Shown here one piece after another: positions 46,886-56,200 of a stretch of DNA of 64,000 bases. The translations under genes and the position numbers were made by a program. Numbering within the stretch: the first letter of the stretch is position 1; each line of letters opens with the position of its first letter. Source of the DNA: Kiritimatiellota bacterium (GTDB taxonomy: Bacteria > Verrucomicrobiota > Kiritimatiellia > JAAZAB01); the NCBI GenBank assembly GCA_026398415.1, contig JAPLSY010000088.1:13633-77632 (forward strand). Reading direction: 5' to 3'. The notes below the pieces were generated by a model. That model was given only the letters and a program-made list of their open reading frames with translations, was not told where the DNA came from and did not search any database.

Positions 46886-48691
46886 TTAGGGCTTGGTTTT
46901 AAGGGCTTGCCCTGAAGTATGCGCTCCGCTTAACTTCAGGGCTTGCAAGCGCGCGCGTGCTTCGCCGCTGACATCCCGGTCCGGATCGGATGCGGCGATG
47001 GCCTCGAGCGTTTCGGTATCAGTCAGCTTCTGGATTGCCGCTTTGCGGACAGATGGATCGCTGTCTTCGCGAGCGATCGTTTTAATCGTGGCCGGTGTGT
47101 CCACCATGTCCAGTGCGGCCTTGCGCACGGCCGGGAACGGATCATTGCGGGCGATATCGTCCAAAATCTTCTGGTTGGTCAGCTTGGCCACAGCCAACAG
47201 ACGGACATTGGGATTGGCGCTGCGCGCGAGTTCCTCCAGGATTGCCTGATTCGTAATGCGTTCGACCGCTATTTGGCGGACCGAACGGTGCGAGTCGGAC
47301 AGGGCGATGTCCTTAAGCATTGTCTGATTCACCATTTTGGCGGCGGCGGCAGCGCGCGCCTCCGGGCGAACATCATTCCGGACAATGGTTTCCAGGATGG
47401 CCTGGTCCGTAAGCCGGGCAATGGCCGCCAGGCGAACGGTGACATTCGTATCCTGCTGCGCCACAGCCGCGATCAGCAGGCGGTTGTTAATCCGGGTTAC
47501 TGCGGCTTGACGTACGCCTGGGTCGTCGTCGGTCAGGACGGTTTCTTTCAGGACTTCGGCATTGGTGACGTTTTGGATGGCCGTCAGGCGTGCAACGGGC
47601 GATGGGTCGTTCGCCAGCACCATGGCCAGGGCAGGCCCTTTTAACCGCTTGATGGCCGTGGAACGTACGGCGTCATCCGGATCGAACTCGGCGATGGAAG
47701 TCAGCAGGGCTTCGTCCGCAATCTGCTCCACCACTGTTTTCCGGACCAGTGCATCGGGATCGGTAACGGCGATGCGCTGGAGAAGGCCGGGATTATTCAC
47801 CTTGCGCACGGCCAGGTAGCGGATAACGGGGTCAGTATTGCCGGCGGCCAGCTGCTCGAGCACATCCGCACGCGTGATCAGGGCGACGGCGGATTTGCGG
47901 ATATCGCGGTCCGGATCCTGGGTGACAATTTCAGTCAGTACCGCCTGGCTGGTAATGTCGCGCATGGCGGAGCGGCGCACAAGGGGGTCGGAATTCGTCC
48001 GCGCTATCGTGATCAGCCGCTTCTGATCTGTGACCCGGCTGGCGGCGGAAATGCGCACAAACGAATCCGAATTGGTCATAGCAATTGAAAAAAGTAGATC
48101 ATTCTTGGTAATCCGTTCCAAGGCCGCTTTCCGGATCATGGGTTCGCTGTTGGCCATGGCGACGTTGAACAGCGTGGGCTGATCTTTGATCAACTCCAGG
48201 GCGGCCAGGCGCGCCAGGGGTTCCGTGTTGGTGGCGATTAGGCGCAGAAGCGCATCCTTGCTCCGTAACTGGGAAGCGGCAGCTACACGAACTTTCCGGT
48301 CGGGGTCCGTGTCGGCGATGGCCATCAGGTCAGCGGGCGCGCTCACTAGGCGGGCGGCTTCAGCGCGCACCTCGGCGTCGGGATCGTTGCGGGCGATCTG
48401 GAGAATGTGTTGCTGGTCACTGGTGGTGATCTTGATGTGGCGTTCCTTATCGTCGGGCTTGATATTGCCCGTGATCCGAACACCGCCTGCATCCCGCAGT
48501 ACCGGGGCGCAGCCTGTGAGCAACGCCGATAGAAACAGACCAAAGAGCACCATCCGGCAGGAAGCAAACACCAGGCTCCGCCGGAGCGCTTTGCCCAGGC
48601 GAGTCGAACATCGAATGTTCAGTATCATGAGTTCCTCGATTTTCCAATCCGGTGATACAACATCAGTTTGGCCGCCAGCCGCGCGGCGATA
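46886..48691 (-). CDS. HEAT-repeat (PBS-lyase-type) lipoprotein
   Basis: Lipoprotein signal MVLFGLFLSALLTGC, then 15 or more repeats of the pattern DxDxxVRxxAxxxL (for example DPDRKVRVAAASQL, SDPLVRRSAMRDI). The ORF track starts at 48766; start moved to the Met of the lipoprotein signal. Confidence 0.7.
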   Translation of the reverse strand, partial: YRRAAGGQTDVVSPDWKIEELMILNIRCSTRLGKALRRSLVFASCRMVLFGLFLSALLTGCAPVLRDAGGVRITGNIKPDDKERHIKITTSDQQHILQIARNDPDAEVRAEAARLVSAPADLMAIADTDPDRKVRVAAASQLRSKDALLRLIATNTEPLARLAALELIKDQPTLFNVAMANSEPMIRKAALERITKNDLLFSIAMTNSDSFVRISAASRVTDQKRLITIARTNSDPLVRRSAMRDITSQAVLTEIVTQDPDRDIRKSAVALITRADVLEQLAAGNTDPVIRYLAVRKVNNPGLLQRIAVTDPDALVRKTVVEQIADEALLTSIAEFDPDDAVRSTAIKRLKGPALAMVLANDPSPVARLTAIQNVTNAEVLKETVLTDDDPGVRQAAVTRINNRLLIAAVAQQDTNVTVRLAAIARLTDQAILETIVRNDVRPEARAAAAAKMVNQTMLKDIALSDSHRSVRQIAVERITNQAILEELARSANPNVRLLAVAKLTNQKILDDIARNDPFPAVRKAALDMVDTPATIKTIAREDSDPSVRKAAIQKLTDTETLEAIAASDPDRDVSGEARARLQALKLSGAHTSGQALKTKP

Positions 48692-49656
48692 TATTCGCAG
48701 GCCGGCGTACCGGGCACGGGCGCCACTTCCACCAGGTCGGCTGCCACCACCTGGCGCGCGGCGCATACGCGCCGCAGGAGCCCGGAGAGGGCGTACCAGC
48801 CCAAGCCGCCCGGTTCCGGCGTGCCGGTTCCGGGCATCAGCGACGGGTCCAGGCAGTCAATATCAATCGAAATATACACTCGTTTTCCCAGGCGTGTGAG
48901 CACGGTCTTCATCCAGGCCTCGGACCGGGCTTGAACGATATCGCGCGCCCAAAATACAGGCAACCGATGCTGTTTGATAAGCTGATATTCCTCATCGCAG
49001 ACACTGCGGATACCGACCGATACTATGGGCACCCCCAGTTCCATAACCCGCCGCATGACGCAGCCGTGTGAGAGGGGCGTCCGTGTGTAACGATCACGCA
49101 AGTCCAGATGGGCATCAAAATGCAGTACCGTCAGGTCGCCATGCATGGCTTTAGCTGCTGCCACGAGGGGGAAAGTGATGGTGTGTTCGCCGCCCAGAGT
49201 CAGCAGAAACTGTCCCCTTTGCATAATGGCGGCGGCGGTGCGGCGGATAATTTCAAGGACTTGGCGATCGGTCCCGCGTCGGCAGGCAACGGCCGGCAGG
49301 GTTTGAACACCCAAGCCCAAGGGCTGGAACAATTCCTCGTCAAAAGGCTCTATGTGTATGCTGGCCGCGAGAATGGCCGCCGGTGCGCGCTCCGTGCCCC
49401 GGCCAAAACTGACCGTACGCTCATACGGCGCCGGCAGGACGGCGTAAGGCGCACGGGGGTTGTGGACGTAAACGGGATCGTATTCCAGGAAGTGCAACAA
49501 TTTCTGATTTCTGATTTCTGATTTCTGATTGCCGATTTCCAACTTGCCTGGGCGCAGAACTCTTGCTTGGGCGTAGCGCCCCGGCGGAGTCTGGCATCCG
49601 TGTTTATCAGTGTTCATCCGTGGTAAAAAATCTAAATATCTTTGGCTAGCTTTCAA
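48625..49656 (-). CDS. speB: Agmatinase (arginase/ureohydrolase family)
   Basis: Mn-binding motifs GGEHTITFP, HFDAHLDLRD, SIDIDCLDPSLMPGTGTPEPGGL. Start overlaps the speA stop by 11 nt. N-terminal region contains a (GAAATCA)4-5 heptanucleotide tract. Confidence 0.8.
   Translation of the reverse strand: MKASQRYLDFLPRMNTDKHGCQTPPGRYAQARVLRPGKLEIGNQKSEIRNQKLLHFLEYDPVYVHNPRAPYAVLPAPYERTVSFGRGTERAPAAILAASIHIEPFDEELFQPLGLGVQTLPAVACRRGTDRQVLEIIRRTAAAIMQRGQFLLTLGGEHTITFPLVAAAKAMHGDLTVLHFDAHLDLRDRYTRTPLSHGCVMRRVMELGVPIVSVGIRSVCDEEYQLIKQHRLPVFWARDIVQARSEAWMKTVLTRLGKRVYISIDIDCLDPSLMPGTGTPEPGGLGWYALSGLLRRVCAARQVVAADLVEVAPVPGTPACEYIAARLAAKLMLYHRIGKSRNS
49501..49535. repeat. Heptanucleotide microsatellite (TTTCTGA)4 plus one degenerate unit, lying within the speB 5' coding region
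   Basis: Read directly: tttctga tttctga tttctga tttctga ttgccga. Confidence 0.8.
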
Positions 49657-51565
49657 AATAGGTGTATCCGCGCATGCCGGTCTCGTAGGCGGACATGATT
49701 TCGCGGCGTTCCACGGCCGTGATGTGATTGTCGCGCACGGCCTGTTCGGCCATGATTCGCACGCGGTTGATCATGTCACGGGGATCATACTCCACATAGG
49801 AGAGCACGTCGGCGACGGTGTCACCCGCGATTTCGTTGGCGTATTCCACCGTGCCGTCCTTGCCTACGCGGACGTGCAACACATTCGTGTCGCCGAGCAG
49901 GTTGTGCAGGTCGCCCAGGGTTTCCTGATAGGCGCCCACCAGGAACGCGCCGAGGTAATAATCTTCGCCGCGCAGTTCATGTAGCGGGAGTGTGTTCTTT
50001 ACGTCGTGCAGGTCAATGAAACGGTCAATTTTGCCGTCGGAGTCACAGGTAATATCAGCCAGCGTAGCCTGGCGCGTCGGCATTTCCTGAAGGCGGTGAA
50101 TCGGCATGACCGGGAATAATTGGTCAATTGCCCAGGAATCGGGAAGCGACTGAAATACGCTGAAATTGCAGTAGTAGAGGTCGGCCAGCGCCACTTCCAA
50201 GCCTTGCAGTTCTTCGGACACATATTTGCGTTCTTTGCTTTCGGCGGCGATCCGACAGATGATATCCCAGAACAGTGTTTCCGCGACCGCCCGCTCCCGC
50301 AGGCTCAGCTGGCCGTGCGTAAAGAGCGAACGGATTTCGTCGCGGTAATACACGGCGTCGTGATAGCACTCCTGGAGGTTTTTCGTGGAGAGCGCCTGGC
50401 GGACGTCCTTAAGGTTGTTCAGCATTTCGTGGTAATGCGGCGGCATTTCGTCGGCCGCGGCCATGGTCGGCGGTTCGAACCGGCTCACATCGAGCACGTT
50501 GAAGACCAGCACGGAATGGTGGGCGACTGTGGCGCGGCCCGATTCGCTGACGATCGTGGGGTGGGGAATGCCCGCTTCCTTGACGGCGCTCATGATCGCT
50601 TCCACGACGTCGGCGGCGTATTCCTGTTCGGTGTAATTGCGACTGCTGGCGAAATTCGTGTGCGAGCCATCATAGTCCACCGCCAGGCCCCCGCCGATGT
50701 TGATTAGCCCCATGGCGGCGCCTTCGCGCGCCATTTCCACGTACAACCGGCAAGCCTCGTGCAAGGCCGAACGGATATTGCGGATGTTGGAAACCTGTGA
50801 ACCCAGGTGGTAGTGCAACATCTGCAGGCAGTCCAGCATGGTTTCCTTGCGCAGGCGGTCAATGATCTCGATCGTCTGCGATGCGTTGACGCCGAACATG
50901 CTGCGGTCCCCGCCGGATCCATCCCAGTGACCGCCGGCGCGGCTGGAAAGCTTGACGCGCACGCCGAGCCGGGGCTTGACGCCCATCTGGGCGGCCCGGT
51001 TCAGGATCATGGCCAGCTCGTCCGGCTTTTCCAGGACGAGGATGGTTTGGATGCCCATCTTGAGCGCGTACAGCGCCAGGTCAATGAATTCCTCGTCCTT
51101 GTAGCCGTTGCAGACGATAAGCGCTTCGGGGTCTTCGGTATAGGCGATGGCGGCCATCAGCTCCGCCTTGCTCCCGGCTTCCAGACCGTGATGATAGGGC
51201 CGGCCGAATTCCATGATCTCGGCCACGACCTGCTTCTGTTGATTGACCTTAATCGGATACACGCCGCGGTACATGCCTTGGTAACCGTAATCGCGGATGG
51301 CCGTATTGAAGTGTTCATACAACTGCTTGATGCGCGAGGACAGGATGTCGGCAAAACGCAACAGGATCGGCATATTTAGTCCGCGTGCCTTGAGCCCGGC
51401 AATGAGGTCCATGATGCTGATGCTCGTCTCGCTGGCCGGTCCGAACGGTTTGACTACGATGTCACCGCTTGCGGCGATGTCAAAATAGCCGCTACCCCAA
51501 TTGCGGATGCCATATAAGTCCGCCGCATTGTCACAAGTCCATCGCTCAAGCACTTCAGCTTTCAT
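49646..51565 (-). CDS. speA: Biosynthetic arginine decarboxylase
   Basis: Full-length SpeA pattern (N-terminal MKAEVLERWTCDNAADLYGIRNWGSGYFDI..., PLP-fold Orn/DAP/Arg decarboxylase motifs). Confidence 0.9.
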   Translation of the reverse strand: MKAEVLERWTCDNAADLYGIRNWGSGYFDIAASGDIVVKPFGPASETSISIMDLIAGLKARGLNMPILLRFADILSSRIKQLYEHFNTAIRDYGYQGMYRGVYPIKVNQQKQVVAEIMEFGRPYHHGLEAGSKAELMAAIAYTEDPEALIVCNGYKDEEFIDLALYALKMGIQTILVLEKPDELAMILNRAAQMGVKPRLGVRVKLSSRAGGHWDGSGGDRSMFGVNASQTIEIIDRLRKETMLDCLQMLHYHLGSQVSNIRNIRSALHEACRLYVEMAREGAAMGLINIGGGLAVDYDGSHTNFASSRNYTEQEYAADVVEAIMSAVKEAGIPHPTIVSESGRATVAHHSVLVFNVLDVSRFEPPTMAAADEMPPHYHEMLNNLKDVRQALSTKNLQECYHDAVYYRDEIRSLFTHGQLSLRERAVAETLFWDIICRIAAESKERKYVSEELQGLEVALADLYYCNFSVFQSLPDSWAIDQLFPVMPIHRLQEMPTRQATLADITCDSDGKIDRFIDLHDVKNTLPLHELRGEDYYLGAFLVGAYQETLGDLHNLLGDTNVLHVRVGKDGTVEYANEIAGDTVADVLSYVEYDPRDMINRVRIMAEQAVRDNHITAVERREIMSAYETGMRGYTYFES

Positions 51566-51795
51566 GCCGTCTCCTTGAAAGAAGACAGAAGTCAGTAGTC
51601 AGAAGACAGAATACAGAAGAAGAATTCTGAATTCTGGCTCTTGGCATGACTTTCCTCATTCTGAATGCTGACTTCTGAATTCTGACTCCTTGTTACGTCA
51701 TTCTTTATACACGCGCGGCGTACCACGGCAAGTTATTTTTTTTTGCGTATCATGATGCTTGCGTCTCGTTTGATTCCACATAATATGCCCAGCTC

Positions 51796-52917
51796 ATGAA
51801 GTTAGGAGATAAAAGCCGCCGGTATGGGACCATGGCCCTGCTTGTGATTCTCGTGATCGTCTTTGCGTGGCTGGTTGTGTATCTGTGCTTCCGAGCAAAG
51901 GAACTGGGCACGCGGAACGAAGAAGCGGAAATACCGGGCTTGGACCTGCCGCTCATTGGCCGTCCGGCGACCAACCCTTTCCGGTATCTCGTGTTTCCCA
52001 CTGACCAGGTGCTCGACCGTAATGACCCTGACGTATTTCAGCCGGCGGCCTCCGGCCGACCTGAATCTGCGCTGTTCGGCTCGGTGCGCACCGCCAATTA
52101 TGGCAAAGGCCTGGCGGCGTCTTTTCATGAGGGCGTGGATATTGCCGCCGGCCAACGGGACGCCGCCGGCCGCCCACAGGATGCCGTGTATGCTGTGGCG
52201 AACGGCACCGTGGGCTATGTCAATACGAAAGCCGGGAATTCGAATTACGGCAAATATGTGGTGCTCATCCATGCTTGTCCTTCCGGGATGGTCTATACGC
52301 TCTACGCGCATCTGGCGGCCCTCTCGCCCGGCGTGATCCGGGGGCAATTCGTAAAAGCGGGGGATGTGCTGGGGCTCATCGGCCACACGGCCAATCCGCC
52401 GATCCCCTTAAGTCGAGCGCACCTGCATTTCGAAATCGGGCTGATCCTGAATGCGCGGTTCAGTCAGTGGTACCGCGCGCAAAAATTTCAACACGGGCAT
52501 GCCAACTTTAACGGGTGGAACCTGGTGGGCGTGGATCCCCTGGCAGTGTTTGAAAGTCAGCGGCAACAGCCGGACTTTGATTTTTTTCAATACCTGGCCG
52601 CCCTGCCAACATCCTTTGAGGTCGTATTGGCCGCGCGGCGCAAGCCGGACTTTTTCGATCGTTACCCGTGCCTCTGGGAAGGTGCGCCCTATCGGGGGGT
52701 CGGCCTTCAGATGGCGGTCTCGGAGGATGGTTTGCCGCTCAAGGGGCGCAATGCCACGGAAGCGGAACGTCAACTGCTGGGAGCGCATCCGAGCGCGATT
52801 CTGCGCGTGGATCCGGCGGCGCTCGGCCGCAACGGTTGTCACCTGGTCATTTGCCGGAAAGGCCTTTGGTGCCTGGGCCGTGAAGGCGAAAAGTGGCGGG
52901 ACATGTTGATGTATTAA
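51796..52917 (+). CDS. M23-family metallopeptidase (membrane-anchored)
   Basis: N-terminal TM. HEGVDIAA...GKYVVLIHACPSGMVYTLYAHL...GDVLGLIGHTANPPIPLSRAHLHFEI matches M23 HxxxD / HxH motifs. Confidence 0.8.
   Translation: MKLGDKSRRYGTMALLVILVIVFAWLVVYLCFRAKELGTRNEEAEIPGLDLPLIGRPATNPFRYLVFPTDQVLDRNDPDVFQPAASGRPESALFGSVRTANYGKGLAASFHEGVDIAAGQRDAAGRPQDAVYAVANGTVGYVNTKAGNSNYGKYVVLIHACPSGMVYTLYAHLAALSPGVIRGQFVKAGDVLGLIGHTANPPIPLSRAHLHFEIGLILNARFSQWYRAQKFQHGHANFNGWNLVGVDPLAVFESQRQQPDFDFFQYLAALPTSFEVVLAARRKPDFFDRYPCLWEGAPYRGVGLQMAVSEDGLPLKGRNATEAERQLLGAHPSAILRVDPAALGRNGCHLVICRKGLWCLGREGEKWRDMLMY
52861..52917. repeat. 57-bp direct repeat, copy 1 (3' end of M23 peptidase gene including stop TAA)
   Basis: ggcctttggtgcctgggccgtgaaggcgaaaagtggcgggacatgttgatgtattaa. 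Copy 2 at 62250-62306 matches at 52 of 57 positions. Confidence 0.85.
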
Positions 52918-53273
52918 CCGAATATTAACCGGAACATTGTGCGTTCTACGTGAAATTTTCAGGTGATAAAGATCTAAGGTCATCAGGCTTGCCCAACGTA
53001 GCGCGCCGAGTATAATCGAAAGAAAGACCGGCGCGTCCGGGCTCCGCCAGGGCGTTGCGTCTGCCTACGCCGGAACGGCTTCGCGCAGGCAAGCCCAGGC
53101 GAGAATGGAAAGATAGGGCCCGACTGCCAGTCGGGTTGCATGGGCAGTTGGATGACCTGAGTCATTAATTTTTATTTTCTGTGCCGTATGGTTGTTTTAG
53201 CCCCATAGCAACGGTTTTTTTAATCTATTCGCCCTTTGCTACGCAGATAAAGACTTCAGGAGGTTTTGTCGTA

Positions 53274-56200
53274 GTGGTCACTTTTTACAACCTCGGACCC
53301 ATCAGTCGTGTGATCGAGCAATTCCGGCGCCGATTTGGCCGCCCTGGCACCTTGGAAGTGTGCGAACCGCCCTTGCGCGCCGAGCTGTTTGGTTTGGAGC
53401 AATTTGGCAACCATGGAGAGGCCCTGGCCTCCGCGCATGATCTCGATCCCAAGTCGGGGGCCGAGTGCCTGTTGCCGCGGCTGACGGAAAATGCGCGCGT
53501 CATTCGCCATTCATACGAGGTTGTCGCCGAGGCCGTTCGCAGTGGTCAGCGGATGGCGCCGGCCGCTGAATGGTTGCTGGACAATTACTATCTCATCGCT
53601 GAACAGATTGATATCGCCCGGATGCATCTTCCCAAAGGCTATAGTCGGGCGTTGCCCCGACTGCGGACCGGTGTCTTACGGGGTTTCCCTCGGATCTACG
53701 ACCTGGCCCTGGAACTGGTCTCGCATACGGACGGTTGCGTGGATGCCGATAATGTGACCAATTTTGTGAAAGCTTACCAGCGCGTGCGTCTCCTGAAACT
53801 GGGTGAGCTGTGGGCCATCCCCATCATGCTCCGGCTGACGTTGCTGGAGAATTTGCGGCGGGTGGCCTATCGCATTGCCTGGCGGCGGCAGCATCGTGCC
53901 ATGGCACTTGAATGGGCCCGGCGCTTCGTCAACGTCGTCCAGAAAGACCCGCGATTGTTCGTGACTGAGTTGGCTGACTTTGTGCGCGCCAATCCGCCCA
54001 TGTCGCCGCCTTTTATTGCCGAACTTTATGCCAACATCGAGGGAGTTCACTCGGTTATCGGGCTGGCCGTCAATTGGATTGAACAGGAACTGTCTCTGCA
54101 AGGGCAGACGATCGAGTTGATTCAACAGGCGGAGAGCCAGGACCAGGCGGCCGACCAGGTATCCATCGGCAACACCATCACCAGTCTCAGGACTTTGAAC
54201 GCCATCGACTGGCGGAAGTTCGTTGAAGCCCTCAGTGTGACTGAAGCCGTGCTATGCCGCGACCCGGCCGGGATCTATCCCCGGATGGACTTCCGGACCC
54301 GAGACCATTACCGGCATGTCGTGGAGGACTTGGCCAAGAAGAGTGACCGGTCGGAAGAGGTTGTGGCGGAAATGGCGATCAAGCTGGCTGTGGCGCGCCG
54401 GAATCCTACCGCCGCAGAGTCCCGTGAGTTGCACGTTGGGTACTTCCTGATCGATCACGGGTTGCGCGAACTCCAGCGTGCGGCAGGGTATCGGCCGGAG
54501 CTTATCCGGCGAATCGGTCGGATTTTCTCATGCCGGCCGCTTGGAGTGTATCTCCTGATTTTCGGCGGACTCACGGCTTTGCTGACCGTCCCGCTCTTTT
54601 CGCAGATCTACCTGCGGTTGACGACGCACTGGGGCTGGGGTGTATGGGTGGCGGGTGTTATCCTGCTGGCCGTTTCACGTTCGGCGCTCATGCTCACCAA
54701 CTGGATCATCACTCTTCTGGTTCCGCCGCGGCCTTTGCCCCGGATGGACTTTTCCAAAGGCGTTGGCGATGATCATCGCACGGCGGTGGTTATTCCCACG
54801 TTGCTCTATTCGGAGCAAAGCATGCGGAAGCTCATCGAGCATCTTGAAATCTGCTACTTGGCCAATCGCGAGGCCAACCTGATCTTTGGGGTTCTGCTGG
54901 ATTTTCCGGATGCGGCGCAGGCGGAGCGGCCCCAGGAGGCCGCCTTACTCAATGCGGCTGTCGAGGGCATTCGGCTGTTAAACGGGAAATACGCCGCGGC
55001 CGGCGGATCATTATTCTTCCTATTGTATCGTCCCCGGGAATGGAATCCAGCCGAGCAAGTATGGATGGGCCATGAACGCAAGCGAGGCAAACTGGAGGCG
55101 TTTAACCGGCTGGTGTGTGAAGGGGCCCGCGGTCCGTTCACTGTCATCGAAGGGGACCTGGCCGTGTTGCGCTCGATCAAGCATGTGATCACGCTGGATG
55201 CGGATACACAGCTTCCGCCGCAGGCCGCGGCCAAATTGGCCGGCACTATCGCTCATCCGCTCAATCAACCGCAAATCAACCCGGCCACGGGTTGTGTGAA
55301 ACAGGGCTACGGAGTGCTGCAGCCGCGGCTGGGAGCCAGCCTGATCGGATCTCAGCGTTCCTGGTTTGCCCGGCTGTTCGCCGGAGAAACCGGCCTGGAT
55401 CCCTATACTCGCGCGGTATCCAATGTCTACCATGATCTCTGCGGAGAGGGACCTTTTGTGGGCAAAGGTATCTATAACGTGCAGGCCTTTTACACAGCGA
55501 CGGGCAATCGGTTTCCGCTTAACCGAATCCTCAGCCATGACTTGATCGAGGGTTGTTATGCCCGTTGTGGCTTCGTCAACGATGTCGAATTGATCGAGGA
55601 CTCCTCGCCGTCTTATCTGGCCGATTCCCGTCGCCATCACCGGTGGATCCGGGGAGACTGGCAGATTGCCCGCTGGCTTCTGCCCCTGGTACCCGGTCCG
55701 GATGGAAAGCGTGTGGTCAATCCGCTCGGGGCACTGGCAAAATGGATGATCTTCGATAACTTGCGGCGCAGCCTGGTCCCAGCCGCTCTCCTGGCGACCT
55801 TCATCCTCGGCTGGGCAGGGGCGCCGAACGAAGCGTTGCGCTGGACGGCGACCCTGCTCACTCTCTATTTTCTACCCAGCTTGGCGCGCTCGGCGCGCGC
55901 CCTTCTGGCCAAGGCCAAACAGGCTGTTTGGTTGGCGCACCTCGGGCATGTCCTGGTCAATGAATCGAGGACCTGGACGATTGAGGGCCTGGAACTAATG
56001 TTCCTCCCGTTTCAAACCAGCGTGTATCTCGACGCGATTTTACGGGTATTCTGGCGCCTGGGCATCAGCGGGCGCCGGCTTCTGGAATGGCAAACGGCGG
56101 CCGAAACGGCTCGGACTGTTTCCTGCGGACTCCTGGCAACCGCGCGAACCCTATGGATTGCGCCGGCGGTGGCGCTGGGAATGGCGAGTGTCCTCATAGC

